Of a DNA stretch of 40,668 nt, positions 1 through 9,254 are shown in pieces (the stretch's first letter is position 1; each line of letters opens with the position of its first letter). Source of the stretch: Nitrospinota bacterium. Its GTDB lineage: Bacteria; UBA8248. The DNA lies in NCBI GenBank assembly GCA_030754595.1, contig JASLZZ010000006.1, positions 1 through 40,668 on the forward strand. Reading direction: 5' to 3'. The notes beneath the pieces are model-generated. The model ran no database searches. It saw only the letters and a program-made list of their open reading frames with translations, and had not been told where the DNA came from. The translations under genes were made by a program, and so were the position numbers.

Positions 1-505
1 CCCCCGCCAAAAAGGGGGGCCGTGCGTGGGCAAGACCAAGCGCGGCAAGGGCACGAAGTGGATGGTTCTGGCAGATGGCTCGGGTACTCCGCTGGGAGCA
101 TACCTGGACGCGGCATCGCCGGCGGAGGTCAAGCTCCTGGACAAAACGCTCGATACGGTCTCGGTCCGCAGGCTCGGCCCGGGACGTCCCAGAACCCGTC
201 CCGAGCGCCTGATCGCGGATCGGGGTTACGACAGCGACCCGCTCAGGGAAGGACTGCTTGATCGGGGCATCCGGCCGGTCATCCCTCATCGCTCGGACCG
301 CAAGAAGCCCTCTCGCCAGGACGGACGGGAACCCCGGCGCTACCGCAAGCGATGGATCATCGAGCGGACGATTGCCTGGTTTGGCAACTTCCGCAGGCTG
401 ACCGTGCGATGGGACCGACTGATGGAAACCTACGGTGGATTCTTTCATATGGCTTGTGCCCTGATCACGATGAGAAAACTCATGAGGGTTATGAAATGAC
501 TTCTA
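1..505 (+). mobile_element. IS5-family (IS427-like, two-ORF) insertion sequence, right part
   Basis: Transposase C-terminal ORF; A5G6 run at 9-19 at the typical orfA/orfB junction; probable right end TTATGAAATGACTTC-TA at about 489-505 overlapping the stop codon. Confidence 0.8.
26..499 (+). CDS. IS5-family transposase, C-terminal DDE part (5' end outside the window)
   Basis: GKGTKWMVLADGSGTPL, LIADRGYDSD and YRKRWIIERTIAWFGNFRRL..RWDR are typical IS5 transposase motifs. Confidence 0.9.
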   Translation: MGKTKRGKGTKWMVLADGSGTPLGAYLDAASPAEVKLLDKTLDTVSVRRLGPGRPRTRPERLIADRGYDSDPLREGLLDRGIRPVIPHRSDRKKPSRQDGREPRRYRKRWIIERTIAWFGNFRRLTVRWDRLMETYGGFFHMACALITMRKLMRVMK

Positions 506-594
506 ATCACAGCCGAAAACTAGATACTTGGATACTCTTCTTGGCAGAATCAGGGAGTCGCCAGGGACAGGCTCGGGTTTAATCCGCGATACAA

Positions 595-2598
595 TTAAAT
601 GGCCCGCCCCGCGGCGGCCCCTTCCTGCACAGCTTCGAATATGCCGCGTGGACCGCTGCAATCCCCTGCCGAGTGGAAATTCATGTGCGGAAATTCATCC
701 GCCAGCGAGGCGAAAATTTCGATCCGGGGTTCCACGAGGCTCGCCGGGACGACCAAGCGGACCCCCTTGATCCGGCGCAATTCATTGTTTTCATTGCGTA
801 AAATGGCCCCATCCCCATCAAACCCCCCGAAGGAGGTGTTGACGAATATTTTCACGTTGCGCCGGGCGGTCAGCTTCTCAACCATGGGCGCTCGCGCCCT
901 GGGCCCCAGGTCTCCGGCGAGCATCCCTCCGGGCTCCACCACAATCACCTCTCCTCCCAGCTCGGCCAACCGTCCGGCGACGGCGCATCCGCGCATGCCG
1001 CCCCCCTGGATCAGCGCCAGACCCCTGCCGTCCCACCCGTTGGCCATCGCATCCATCGGATCGAGCTCGGCAATCGAGACCCCGGGGGTCAGCTCCCCGC
1101 CGGCCAGCATGGCCCCGTGGGCCAGGGCCCCGCCCGGGACGCGCGATGACCCGAACAAGGCGCCGGTGGACAGGACAACCTCGTCGGGGGCCCTCCCCCG
1201 GATTTCATCCCCATCCACACGGGTCCATAGACAGACCTCCACTCCCAGATTCCGGACCTCGGATTCGAGCGACTGAACAAGGAGCATCAAATCGGCCCGG
1301 CCCGGCGCCTTCGCGGCGTACCGGACCTGTCCCCCCAGCTCTCCCGACATTTCCATGAGCGTGACCCGGTGCCCGCGCAGGGCGGCGACCCGGGCCGCCT
1401 CGAGTCCCGCGGGTCCACCTCCTGCGACAAGCACGCTTTTGACGGCCCCGGCCCGCCGAATCCTGGTTTCCTCTTCCTGGCCCGCCCGGCTGTTCACCGT
1501 ACACAATACGGGCCCGCCCGTTCCCAACAGGTCGCTGCACTTCAAACACCCGATGCAGGGGCGGATATCCTCCGCCCGGCCCTCGAGCGCTTTTCGAGGC
1601 AAATACGGGTCCGCGTGCAACACACGGCCCATCGTGACAAAATCCGCCCTCCCGCTCCTGAGTATCTCCTCCGCCGTATCGGGGTCCATGATGCGGCCCA
1701 CGACCGAAACGCCAATTCCGACGCCCTTTTTAATCTCTCCCGCCACATCCGCGTTGGGGGCGATCGCCGCCTCCATCGAAGGCGTGATCAGGGCGGAGGA
1801 CTCGTAGGTGCCCGCCGAGACATCGATGTGATCAACTCCGGCCGCCTCAAGCGCCCGGCACAGGGCCAGAACGTCGTCCAACTCGAGACCCCCCTCGAGA
1901 CCCTCCACCGCCGTCAGCCGATACATCAGCGGAAAATCATCGCCGAGTTCCCGGCGGACGGATTTGGCGACCTCGAGCGGCAGGCGCATCCGCCCCTCCA
2001 GGCCGCCGCCGTATTCGTCCTCCCGCCGGTTGGAGCGGGGCGAGAAAAACTGATTGAGCAAATAGCCGTGCGCCCCGTGGATCATGACCGCATCAAAGCC
2101 GGCCGCCCTCGCCCGTTTGGCCGCGGCCTCAAAGGACGCGACGATTCCCTCGATTTCCCCCCGCGCGAGTTCGCGGGGCATTTCCCCGCGCCGGAACCCC
2201 TCGAACGGAATCGGCGAGGGCCCGACCGGCTGCGTGCCGGTGGCCGCGAGGAGGGCCTGCCTTCCCCCGTGATTGATCTCCGCGACGACGGCCGCCCCCC
2301 CATCCTTCACCGCGCCGCAAAGACGCTGAAGGCCGGGGATCATGGCGTCGTCGTGGATGCCGAGTTGCAGCATGTTCCCCTTGCCCCCGGGGTCGATATA
2401 GAGGTCTTCGGGGCAGATGAGCGCGGCGCCGCCCTCCGCCCGCGCGCGGACATTCCCGAGGTAGCGCCGGGTGACGGAGCCGTCCGGATCCCCGAGATTT
2501 TTTTCCATCGGGGAAGAGATGATCCGGTTCTTGAGGCGAAGCGAACCGATCCGGCCTTCCGAGAAAAGCCGGGGATAATTGTTTTCAGGGTCGTTCAT
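595..2598 (-). CDS. NADH:flavin oxidoreductase (OYE TIM barrel plus Fe-S plus FAD domain; 2,4-dienoyl-CoA reductase/BaiCD-like)
   Basis: LKNRIISSPM, HGAHGYLLNQFFSPRSNRREDEYGG, CIGCLKC..LCTVN cluster motif, VAGGGPAGLEAA; GGAGG upstream of ATG 2598. Confidence 0.9.
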   Translation of the reverse strand: MNDPENNYPRLFSEGRIGSLRLKNRIISSPMEKNLGDPDGSVTRRYLGNVRARAEGGAALICPEDLYIDPGGKGNMLQLGIHDDAMIPGLQRLCGAVKDGGAAVVAEINHGGRQALLAATGTQPVGPSPIPFEGFRRGEMPRELARGEIEGIVASFEAAAKRARAAGFDAVMIHGAHGYLLNQFFSPRSNRREDEYGGGLEGRMRLPLEVAKSVRRELGDDFPLMYRLTAVEGLEGGLELDDVLALCRALEAAGVDHIDVSAGTYESSALITPSMEAAIAPNADVAGEIKKGVGIGVSVVGRIMDPDTAEEILRSGRADFVTMGRVLHADPYLPRKALEGRAEDIRPCIGCLKCSDLLGTGGPVLCTVNSRAGQEEETRIRRAGAVKSVLVAGGGPAGLEAARVAALRGHRVTLMEMSGELGGQVRYAAKAPGRADLMLLVQSLESEVRNLGVEVCLWTRVDGDEIRGRAPDEVVLSTGALFGSSRVPGGALAHGAMLAGGELTPGVSIAELDPMDAMANGWDGRGLALIQGGGMRGCAVAGRLAELGGEVIVVEPGGMLAGDLGPRARAPMVEKLTARRNVKIFVNTSFGGFDGDGAILRNENNELRRIKGVRLVVPASLVEPRIEIFASLADEFPHMNFHSAGDCSGPRGIFEAVQEGAAAGRAI

Positions 2599-3029
2599 GA
2601 GGGGTGGACCTCCGAAATTCAAAAAATGTATCTGTAAACAAGATAATACCCTTTACTCCGGGTTTCCAAGAAGGTTCCAGGATTTAAACACCAATATGTT
2701 CGGCTACGGGTTACAATTCAATCTGTTAATCCTTCCTCTCGCCCGCTGGCGGAGTGCACCCGATGGGTGAAGCCGTGATACGCCTTTCGATAGTTCATCT
2801 CTACCGCCTACTGAAGCTGGAGTTCCGGGGTGCAACCACCACCTCGGACGCAGGCTTTCCCGCTCTCCGGGAACAGAACGACACTCTCGGGAAAAAGTAA
2901 TGGAAATCCAAACAAAATATATTATGGTGAGAGTTAATTTTGTCCCAACTAACTTTGAAAAGCCACTAAAGTGGCTTCATTCATATAACGGAAAATGTTG
3001 GATTTTACTCCTAAAGGAAACTTCATTCG

Positions 3030-3755
3030 ATGAGCGACGAGATACTTGATCCCCTGCCTGAGGAATGGAGTTGTGCGCTCGCCATTGTGGCTCATCCGGA
3101 GGACATGGAATCCGGTGCGGCCAGCGCCATTGCCCGTTGGACCTCACAAGGAAAAAAGGTTGTCTACATCCTTATGACTAGCGGCGAGGCGGGTATTGAT
3201 GGGATGTCACCGCAGGAAGCAGGACCAATTCGGGAAGAGGAGGAATACAAGGGCGCAAGCGTCGTGGGAGTCGAAAAGGTCGATTTCCTTGGCTATACAG
3301 ACGGCGTGATCGAATACGGGCTTCCGCTGCGTCTGGACATTGCCCGCCAGATTCGCATTCACAAACCCGAAGTGTTGATCACGCTCTCACATCGCCTGAC
3401 TTGGCCTGGCGGCCCTATCAATATGGCGGACCACAGATGGTTAGCCTACGGTGTAATGGACGGCGCCAGAGATGCCGGGAACCGTTGGATTTTTACTGAA
3501 TTGCTTGAAGAAGGGTTCGAACCGTGGCCCGGCGTCCGGATGGTGTTGCTCAGCGGCTCTCCCATGCCCACACACGCCGTCGATATTACCGGTTTCTTGG
3601 AAAAAGGGGTCGAATCATTGCAAGAACATCGGGCCTATATCGAAAACCTCGCGCAGGGCTTCGATCCGGTAAGTTTTCTTACCAACTCTGCCGAATTGAA
3701 CGGGAAGCGCTCCGGTTTCCTCCATGCGGCATCTTTTGAAGTAGTAAATATTTAA
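3030..3755 (+). CDS. PIG-L/LmbE family deacetylase
   Basis: AIVAHPED, MTSGEAG, DFLGYTDG and ADHR motifs. Confidence 0.85.
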   Translation: MSDEILDPLPEEWSCALAIVAHPEDMESGAASAIARWTSQGKKVVYILMTSGEAGIDGMSPQEAGPIREEEEYKGASVVGVEKVDFLGYTDGVIEYGLPLRLDIARQIRIHKPEVLITLSHRLTWPGGPINMADHRWLAYGVMDGARDAGNRWIFTELLEEGFEPWPGVRMVLLSGSPMPTHAVDITGFLEKGVESLQEHRAYIENLAQGFDPVSFLTNSAELNGKRSGFLHAASFEVVNI

Positions 3756-3811
3756 GGAGCCATCTGAGAAAAGTCAGCTTAGATTCCGATCCGAAAATTG
3801 AGTGGATAGAA

Positions 3812-3920
3812 TCAATATTTCCTATATTTTTCCACCCACTCGTTTGCGTGCCGCTTTGCTTTTTCTGTTTGTTGGGAGGTCATTTCCTTTTCAATTGTTT
3901 TTCTGTTTCTGTTTCCCTTT
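3812..3920 (-). pseudogene. Remnant resembling the C-terminal helix of a Sel1-repeat protein
   Basis: RNRKTIEKEMTSQQTEKAKRHANEW resembles the KMTxxQIxEAxxLAxEW tail of Sel1-like proteins; no intact repeats upstream. Confidence 0.4.
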
Positions 3921-4112
3921 TTCCCTCCGCCGACAAGTCCACAACTGCGCTGAAAGACAGCCCGGAGGCGGCTCCTACGGTCAAAATCATGGTGCATACA
4001 CGATTTCCCATTTTCGGGGGGCAATGCTCCCCCCTCCTCCCGGCTCAAAACCGTTTGCCGCCCGTCCCGTCCAAAAAGTCATCCAAGACCATGGTCTTTC
4101 CGAGAAATTACA

Positions 4113-4144
4113 ATTCACCAAGCATGGAGAATTATCGGGGAAAT
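4113..4144 (+). repeat. Motif P half-site followed by motif C
   Basis: ATTCACCAAGCATGGA-GAATTATCGGGGAAAT aligns to 21597-21636 with an 8-nt indel. Confidence 0.55.
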
Positions 4145-4235
4145 TGCTTTATAGTTGGCTGAATATATCTATTGGTGATTGGTTCCGGAGCTATCTCGTC
4201 CGCAGGCGTCGCCCACATGACTGAAAGGCGCATTC

Positions 4236-6188
4236 ATGACTGAAACGATCAAGACGACCTGCACCCTGGACTGCCAGGACGCCTGCGGCGTCGAGGCCGA
4301 GGTCGAAAACGGCCGGGTCGTCCGGTTGCGCGGAGCCGAGGATCATCCCTACACGGAGGGATTTTTGTGTATCCGCCTCAACCGGTACCTCGATCGTCTC
4401 TACAGCCCCGAGCGGGTGACCTCCCCGCTGCAAAAAACGAAAGGCGGGTGGCGCGGGATATCCTGGGACGACGCCATCGATTTGGCCGCGGGCAAGTTCC
4501 GCGCGGCCGTGGATGAGTATGGTCCCGCCGCTATTCTCTACTTCGCGAGTTCGGGTTCTTTTGGCATCTCCAACCGCTACAACGTCCGCCTGTTCAACCG
4601 GCTGGGCGGGCCCACGGTGGCCTCGGGCTCTCTTTGCCTGTCGGCGGGCGTCGCCGGGATGGTCCAGAGCCTGGGCCAATCCGTAAGCCCCGCGCCCTCC
4701 GAGATGATGAACAGCCGGATGATAGTCCTTTGGGGAAGAAATCCGGCCGCCTACTCGATCCACATGGTGCCGCTCATTAGAAAAGCCCGCGAGCGGGGCG
4801 CCAAGATCGTCCTCATCGACCCCGTCCGGAGCGAGTCCGCAAAACTCTGCGGCCGCCACTATGCCCCAAGACCAGGCGGAGACGGTTATTTGGCCCTCGC
4901 CGTCTGCAAGTACCTGCTCGAGGAGGGCAAGGCGGACCGCGAGTTCCTGGAAAACGCGGCGGCGAATGCAGCGGCGATCGAGCGCATGTGCCACCGGTTT
5001 TCATGGGAAGAGTTGTCCGCCGGATGCGGACTTTCTGTGGAGACCCTGCGGGAAATCGCCACCCTCTTCGGAGTGAACCACCCCGCCGCCGTCTGTATGG
5101 GAAGAGGGCCCCAGCACTACCGGCAGGGCGCGGAGACCACCCGCCTGATACTGGCCGCCTGCGCCGTGTCGGGAAACCTTGGCGTGAAGGGGGGCGGATA
5201 TAACTATAACTCTGACTACTGGGGCCCGTTTGATCGCTCCCTGAACGGAGGAGAATTCGCGACCTCCCACCGCACGGCGCCTAAAGCGACTATCGGGGAG
5301 GCCATCCTCAGCCTGAAGGACCCGCATATCAGGGCGGCCTACATCCACGGGGGAAACCCCGTAACCCAGTGCCCAAACTCCCGGAAGGTGGCCCGGGCGA
5401 TTCGGTCCATCGATTTCGTGACCGTGGTGGACTCCTTCATGACCGACACGGCGGAGTGCGCCGACCTCTTCCTGCCGTCCGCGATGTTCCTTGAGACGCG
5501 GGATGTCCGCCCCGCCGGCTGGAATCCCTACGTCGGCCCCGTGATGCCGGCCGTCCCGCCCCCGGAGGGGGTCAGGCCGGACTGGGAGATCGTGGGCCTT
5601 CTGGCCCGGAAGCTGGGGATCGAGGACCCCCACCTCGGCCAGCCCGTCGAGGAGTTCCTTCAGGCGTCTCTCGCTCCCATCGAGAAACACGGCCTTGACC
5701 CGGCCCGCGCCATCAACGAAGTGTTCCGGAATCCCGGGTGTCCCAGAGTTCCATTCGAGGACGGCGTCTTCGCGACACCATCGGGCAAGTTTGAGTTCCT
5801 CGAAGAGTGGGAGCCGGACGAAAACCCGGAAGTGGACGAGCGTTATCCCTTGCGGCTCCTCTCCTTAAAGTATCAGCGCTACCAATCCTCGCAGGTGCCG
5901 GAGTCCAAGCAAAAGGAGGCCGAGACCACCGTCTGGCTCCACCCGGAGACCGCCACTCGCTTCGGTCTCGGAGAGGGAATGAGCGGCCGGCTTCACTCCC
6001 CAAGCGGTGAGTGCGAGGTGCGGTTCGCTTTGGACGAGGGCCTTCGGAGGGATGTTTGCCTGGCGAGGTCGGGCGGCTGGTTGAAGAAGGGCCACGGGGT
6101 CAACGTGCTCACGGCAGATGTTCTCACCAGCTACGGCGAATGCTCCGGGTACTACGAAACGAGGGTGTGCCCGGTGGCGCGGGCCTGA
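4236..6188 (+). CDS. Molybdopterin-dependent oxidoreductase (DMSO reductase superfamily, uncharacterised MopB type)
   Basis: TCTLDCQDACG..LC [4Fe-4S] motif, IVLWGRNP, GGNP, DSFMTDTAECADLFLP, FATPSGKFEF; no Tat signal seen. Confidence 0.9.
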   Translation: MTETIKTTCTLDCQDACGVEAEVENGRVVRLRGAEDHPYTEGFLCIRLNRYLDRLYSPERVTSPLQKTKGGWRGISWDDAIDLAAGKFRAAVDEYGPAAILYFASSGSFGISNRYNVRLFNRLGGPTVASGSLCLSAGVAGMVQSLGQSVSPAPSEMMNSRMIVLWGRNPAAYSIHMVPLIRKARERGAKIVLIDPVRSESAKLCGRHYAPRPGGDGYLALAVCKYLLEEGKADREFLENAAANAAAIERMCHRFSWEELSAGCGLSVETLREIATLFGVNHPAAVCMGRGPQHYRQGAETTRLILAACAVSGNLGVKGGGYNYNSDYWGPFDRSLNGGEFATSHRTAPKATIGEAILSLKDPHIRAAYIHGGNPVTQCPNSRKVARAIRSIDFVTVVDSFMTDTAECADLFLPSAMFLETRDVRPAGWNPYVGPVMPAVPPPEGVRPDWEIVGLLARKLGIEDPHLGQPVEEFLQASLAPIEKHGLDPARAINEVFRNPGCPRVPFEDGVFATPSGKFEFLEEWEPDENPEVDERYPLRLLSLKYQRYQSSQVPESKQKEAETTVWLHPETATRFGLGEGMSGRLHSPSGECEVRFALDEGLRRDVCLARSGGWLKKGHGVNVLTADVLTSYGECSGYYETRVCPVARA

Positions 6189-6331
6189 AAAGCGCCTTGA
6201 CCTCGCAGCCGCCCTTCAACGGCAGTCTTGAAATCTTTCAGTGAGACCGGAGCCCTTTTTCGCGGGGCGCAATTACCTGACTGACTTCCCTGTTCTCCCT
6301 GCCCGCCTCGCCGGATTTCATCCGAAACGGT

Positions 6332-7624
6332 CTAGCCGTTGAGGGCCACCTTGAGCGGACCTCTGGCCTTTTCGGGATCGATTCCGTGCCGCCGGAGCTG
6401 ATCCCCGGTCTCGGCCAGAACGCGATCCAGATCTCCGTATAGCTTGAAGGTCTTCGTCCAGTCCGGATAGTCGAACCCCATCGACTGACCGAGGATTGTC
6501 ATGAAATTTTCCAATTCGAAGGGATGATTCCCCTCCTCCGGGCAGAGTTCAAAATGACAACTGTGGTAGACAGTCACCACGGAATCCACCTCGGCTGCCC
6601 GCGCCGAAGAGAAGAGTTTTTCGCGCATCGCCTCGGGGGCTCCGGGCAGGAGAAGGGTGGGACACTGGTAGCCATGGTCCTTGTGTTGATCGATCTCGAC
6701 CACCTCGAGGCCGGGAACGCAGGCGAGAATCGTCTTCACGTTTTCCTCCACGCCATCGGTTCCCCCGTGGAGGTGAAGCGCAATCCGCTTGTTGACCGGA
6801 GCCGTGCAAAGCGATTTCAAGGTATCGAGATTCCGTGCCAGATATTTCGTCACGTGGACAAACGGAAGCTCGTCATCTCCGGGTCCGGAATAAAGAGGGC
6901 GGTACTCCGCGTACTGCATCTGGCAGGTGGGACAGAAAGTAATCACCTGCTCGGAGCCGTAGGACCGGAATTTCTCGAGGGACCGCGTGCCCATGGCAGC
7001 CCCGGCCTCGAGATCGCTCATTCGGAAATGGTTGATGCCGCAACAGTGGCCCAACCCGCCCACCACCTCGCAGTCCAATCCCATCCGGTCGAATACATCC
7101 ATGCACGAAAGCAGGATGTGCGGCGTCTTGAGAATATGACACCCGAAATAGAAAAGATTTCGGGCGGCCGCCTTCTTCCGGTACCGGACGGCGGTAAGAC
7201 GCCGGTAAAGCTCGGGAGGGGTCTGGATGGCGGCCGTGGCGCGGATGATCCCGCTTAGCCGCCGGAAAAAATTTCGCCCGCGCTGACTCAGCTCTTCTCG
7301 GCCGAAGGCGCTCTGCTGAAGTTTGACCCGAGCATAGAGAATCATCTCCCGGGGATTTACATCCTCCGGGCAGGCGTCGATGCAGGACCCGCTTTTCTGA
7401 CAGGCTTGCACCCAGGCCGCCCCTTCGGGCGCATGACCGCGATCGTTGATGATATCCACCACCGAGCGGGTAACCGCGGAGGGTTCGGCCCCTTCAAGAT
7501 CGGTATAGGGCAGCATCGAGCAGGCCTCGAAACATTTTCCGCATTGTGTGCATCGTTCCGTAATCTGGTCGATACGCGCCTGGATGTAGGATGCGAAGGG
7601 AGTATCCGTAGTTGGGTTCATCAT
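6332..7624 (-). CDS. Fe-S binding protein with CCG domain (heterodisulfide reductase/GlcF-related)
   Basis: CTQCGKCFEAC, CQKSGSCIDACP, YFGC, HCCG, FCPTC. Confidence 0.85.
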   Translation of the reverse strand: MMNPTTDTPFASYIQARIDQITERCTQCGKCFEACSMLPYTDLEGAEPSAVTRSVVDIINDRGHAPEGAAWVQACQKSGSCIDACPEDVNPREMILYARVKLQQSAFGREELSQRGRNFFRRLSGIIRATAAIQTPPELYRRLTAVRYRKKAAARNLFYFGCHILKTPHILLSCMDVFDRMGLDCEVVGGLGHCCGINHFRMSDLEAGAAMGTRSLEKFRSYGSEQVITFCPTCQMQYAEYRPLYSGPGDDELPFVHVTKYLARNLDTLKSLCTAPVNKRIALHLHGGTDGVEENVKTILACVPGLEVVEIDQHKDHGYQCPTLLLPGAPEAMREKLFSSARAAEVDSVVTVYHSCHFELCPEEGNHPFELENFMTILGQSMGFDYPDWTKTFKLYGDLDRVLAETGDQLRRHGIDPEKARGPLKVALNG

Positions 7625-7630
7625 TTCCCT

Positions 7631-7780
7631 CTAACCGTCAAGTTCCAGATTACGAATTATATTGGCATATCCTTTTTGGACTGCAATTCCAAGAGGTGTG
7701 GCCCCTGCGGCATCGGGTAAATTAACTCGGAGATCGGCTTTAAGCAATTCTCGGACGATTGCCACGTGGCGCTGCCCGCC
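7631..7780 (-). pseudogene. Ankyrin-repeat fragment
   Basis: HVAIVRELLKA..VNLPDAAGATPLGIAVQKGYANII matches the ankyrin consensus; only about 1.5 repeats. Confidence 0.65.
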
Positions 7781-8023
7781 ATCACCAAGGACATTTTCCT
7801 CAATAAGACTATTCATAACGAATTAGCAAGTTAGCATCTTCTCGCCTTGCTCTTGGGCGTGAGCATACCCAACCTCCCCCGCCCGGAAGGAATCGCCTGC
7901 CCGGGCGGACCTAGGGAATGATGCATGGAATTCAGGTTGAAGGGACCTGTTCCGGACACCTATCGCCGACTGATTCGTAACTCGCCACGTCCAAGGTCAA
8001 CGGCGGGTTCCGCTTCTTGCCGT

Positions 8024-9241
8024 CTAGCGGAGCGTGGGAAGTTCCAGATCGAGGGCCGAGCCGTCCGTCAGGGGACGGGTGGAGAGGTCGCGCGAGGGGA
8101 GGATCACGGTAGCCAGTCCCGGAGTGGTCGTTTCCCCCCGTTGGTTGACTCCGGAGATATCGACGTCCACCAAGGCGAAGCCATCTTTATTGTATTTCTT
8201 CGTGACCTTCCCCCGGATGAACTGGGTGTCTCCCTGGACGTTGAACCGGCGCGCATCCACCCGAAGGCGTTTGAGCACCGCGTCGTTTCCCATCCAGTTG
8301 GTGAGGAGCGTCCCCATCCAGGCCACGCGCTGGGGCAAATAGTCGTACATCCCGGGGACACCGACTTCTTTCGCGAAGTCCTCTCTGTGATGGCCGATGC
8401 CCGTGTATTCGATACCACCGCTCGCCTCGGGATTCTGAATAAAATGCTTGGGGTGTTTCAGGGCGTCGCGCAACAACACCCCGTGGGTGCGGGCGCGTCC
8501 GCAGGCCGCGATGAAACCCATCGTGTCCGAGAGCGAAAGCGGGCCTCTCACAATTTCGTCGAGTTCCTCGTCCTCGCTCACGTCTTCCCAGTAGCGAGTC
8601 TGATCCCCCCGGATTTGGGCGGATTCCCTCAAGGCTTTCGAGTGGATGTCCTCGAGTTCTTCGGGAGTGTAGACGTGGCCTTCTATGTCTTTGTGTTTCC
8701 CTTTTTCGCGGGATGACTCGCGTTCGTGGCGGGCCGTCCAGCCGAGGACCACGGCGATGGCCTCGTCGCGCTGGTTGAGAAAGGTCGATTCGACATACTG
8801 CATGATCATCCGGCCCGAAAAGCGGGACTGCTTTTCCTCGACTCCGACCACCCGGTTCCAGACGCTGATCCGATCGCCCGGACGGACGTTTCGGAGAAAC
8901 AGCCAGTCGTTGCCCACCGCAAAGCCGTGAACGCCGGGGAGCCCCCACTGAGAGCGGCCCGGCCAGTGATGCACGAGCGGAAAGCAGGGATGGGCGATCA
9001 GTCCGCCGAAACGGGTCCACCTCGCGTACTCGACATCCCTGTAAAGGGGGTTGAGCTCCCCTATCCCGTTGGAGAAGTGGGTGATCGTATCCATGCTGGC
9101 GTCGCGCAGGAATTGCTCGGGGCGAAGCTTGACGCCGATCATGGCCCTGGCCGTGCCAAGGGCTTCGTCGGTGATTTTTCCCTCCGCGGCCGAAGCGCCG
9201 ATTTCCTTCAGTTTATCGACCGAAACTTCTTCAGCTGCCAT
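8024..9241 (-). CDS. Double-hotdog MaoC-family (acyl-CoA) dehydratase
   Basis: GIGELNPLYRD..RFGGLIAHP and VRPGDRI in the N-domain; second hotdog with WMGNDAVLKRL..GDT..GKV; alternative start 9247. Confidence 0.85.
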   Translation of the reverse strand: MAAEEVSVDKLKEIGASAAEGKITDEALGTARAMIGVKLRPEQFLRDASMDTITHFSNGIGELNPLYRDVEYARWTRFGGLIAHPCFPLVHHWPGRSQWGLPGVHGFAVGNDWLFLRNVRPGDRISVWNRVVGVEEKQSRFSGRMIMQYVESTFLNQRDEAIAVVLGWTARHERESSREKGKHKDIEGHVYTPEELEDIHSKALRESAQIRGDQTRYWEDVSEDEELDEIVRGPLSLSDTMGFIAACGRARTHGVLLRDALKHPKHFIQNPEASGGIEYTGIGHHREDFAKEVGVPGMYDYLPQRVAWMGTLLTNWMGNDAVLKRLRVDARRFNVQGDTQFIRGKVTKKYNKDGFALVDVDISGVNQRGETTTPGLATVILPSRDLSTRPLTDGSALDLELPTLR

Positions 9242-9254
9242 GGTCATTTCCCTC

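Noticed and set aside
2760..2900. Possible structured RNA or riboswitch between the OYE and PIG-L genes
   Set aside because: Some short stems are present, but no family consensus I can recognise; needs an Rfam search.
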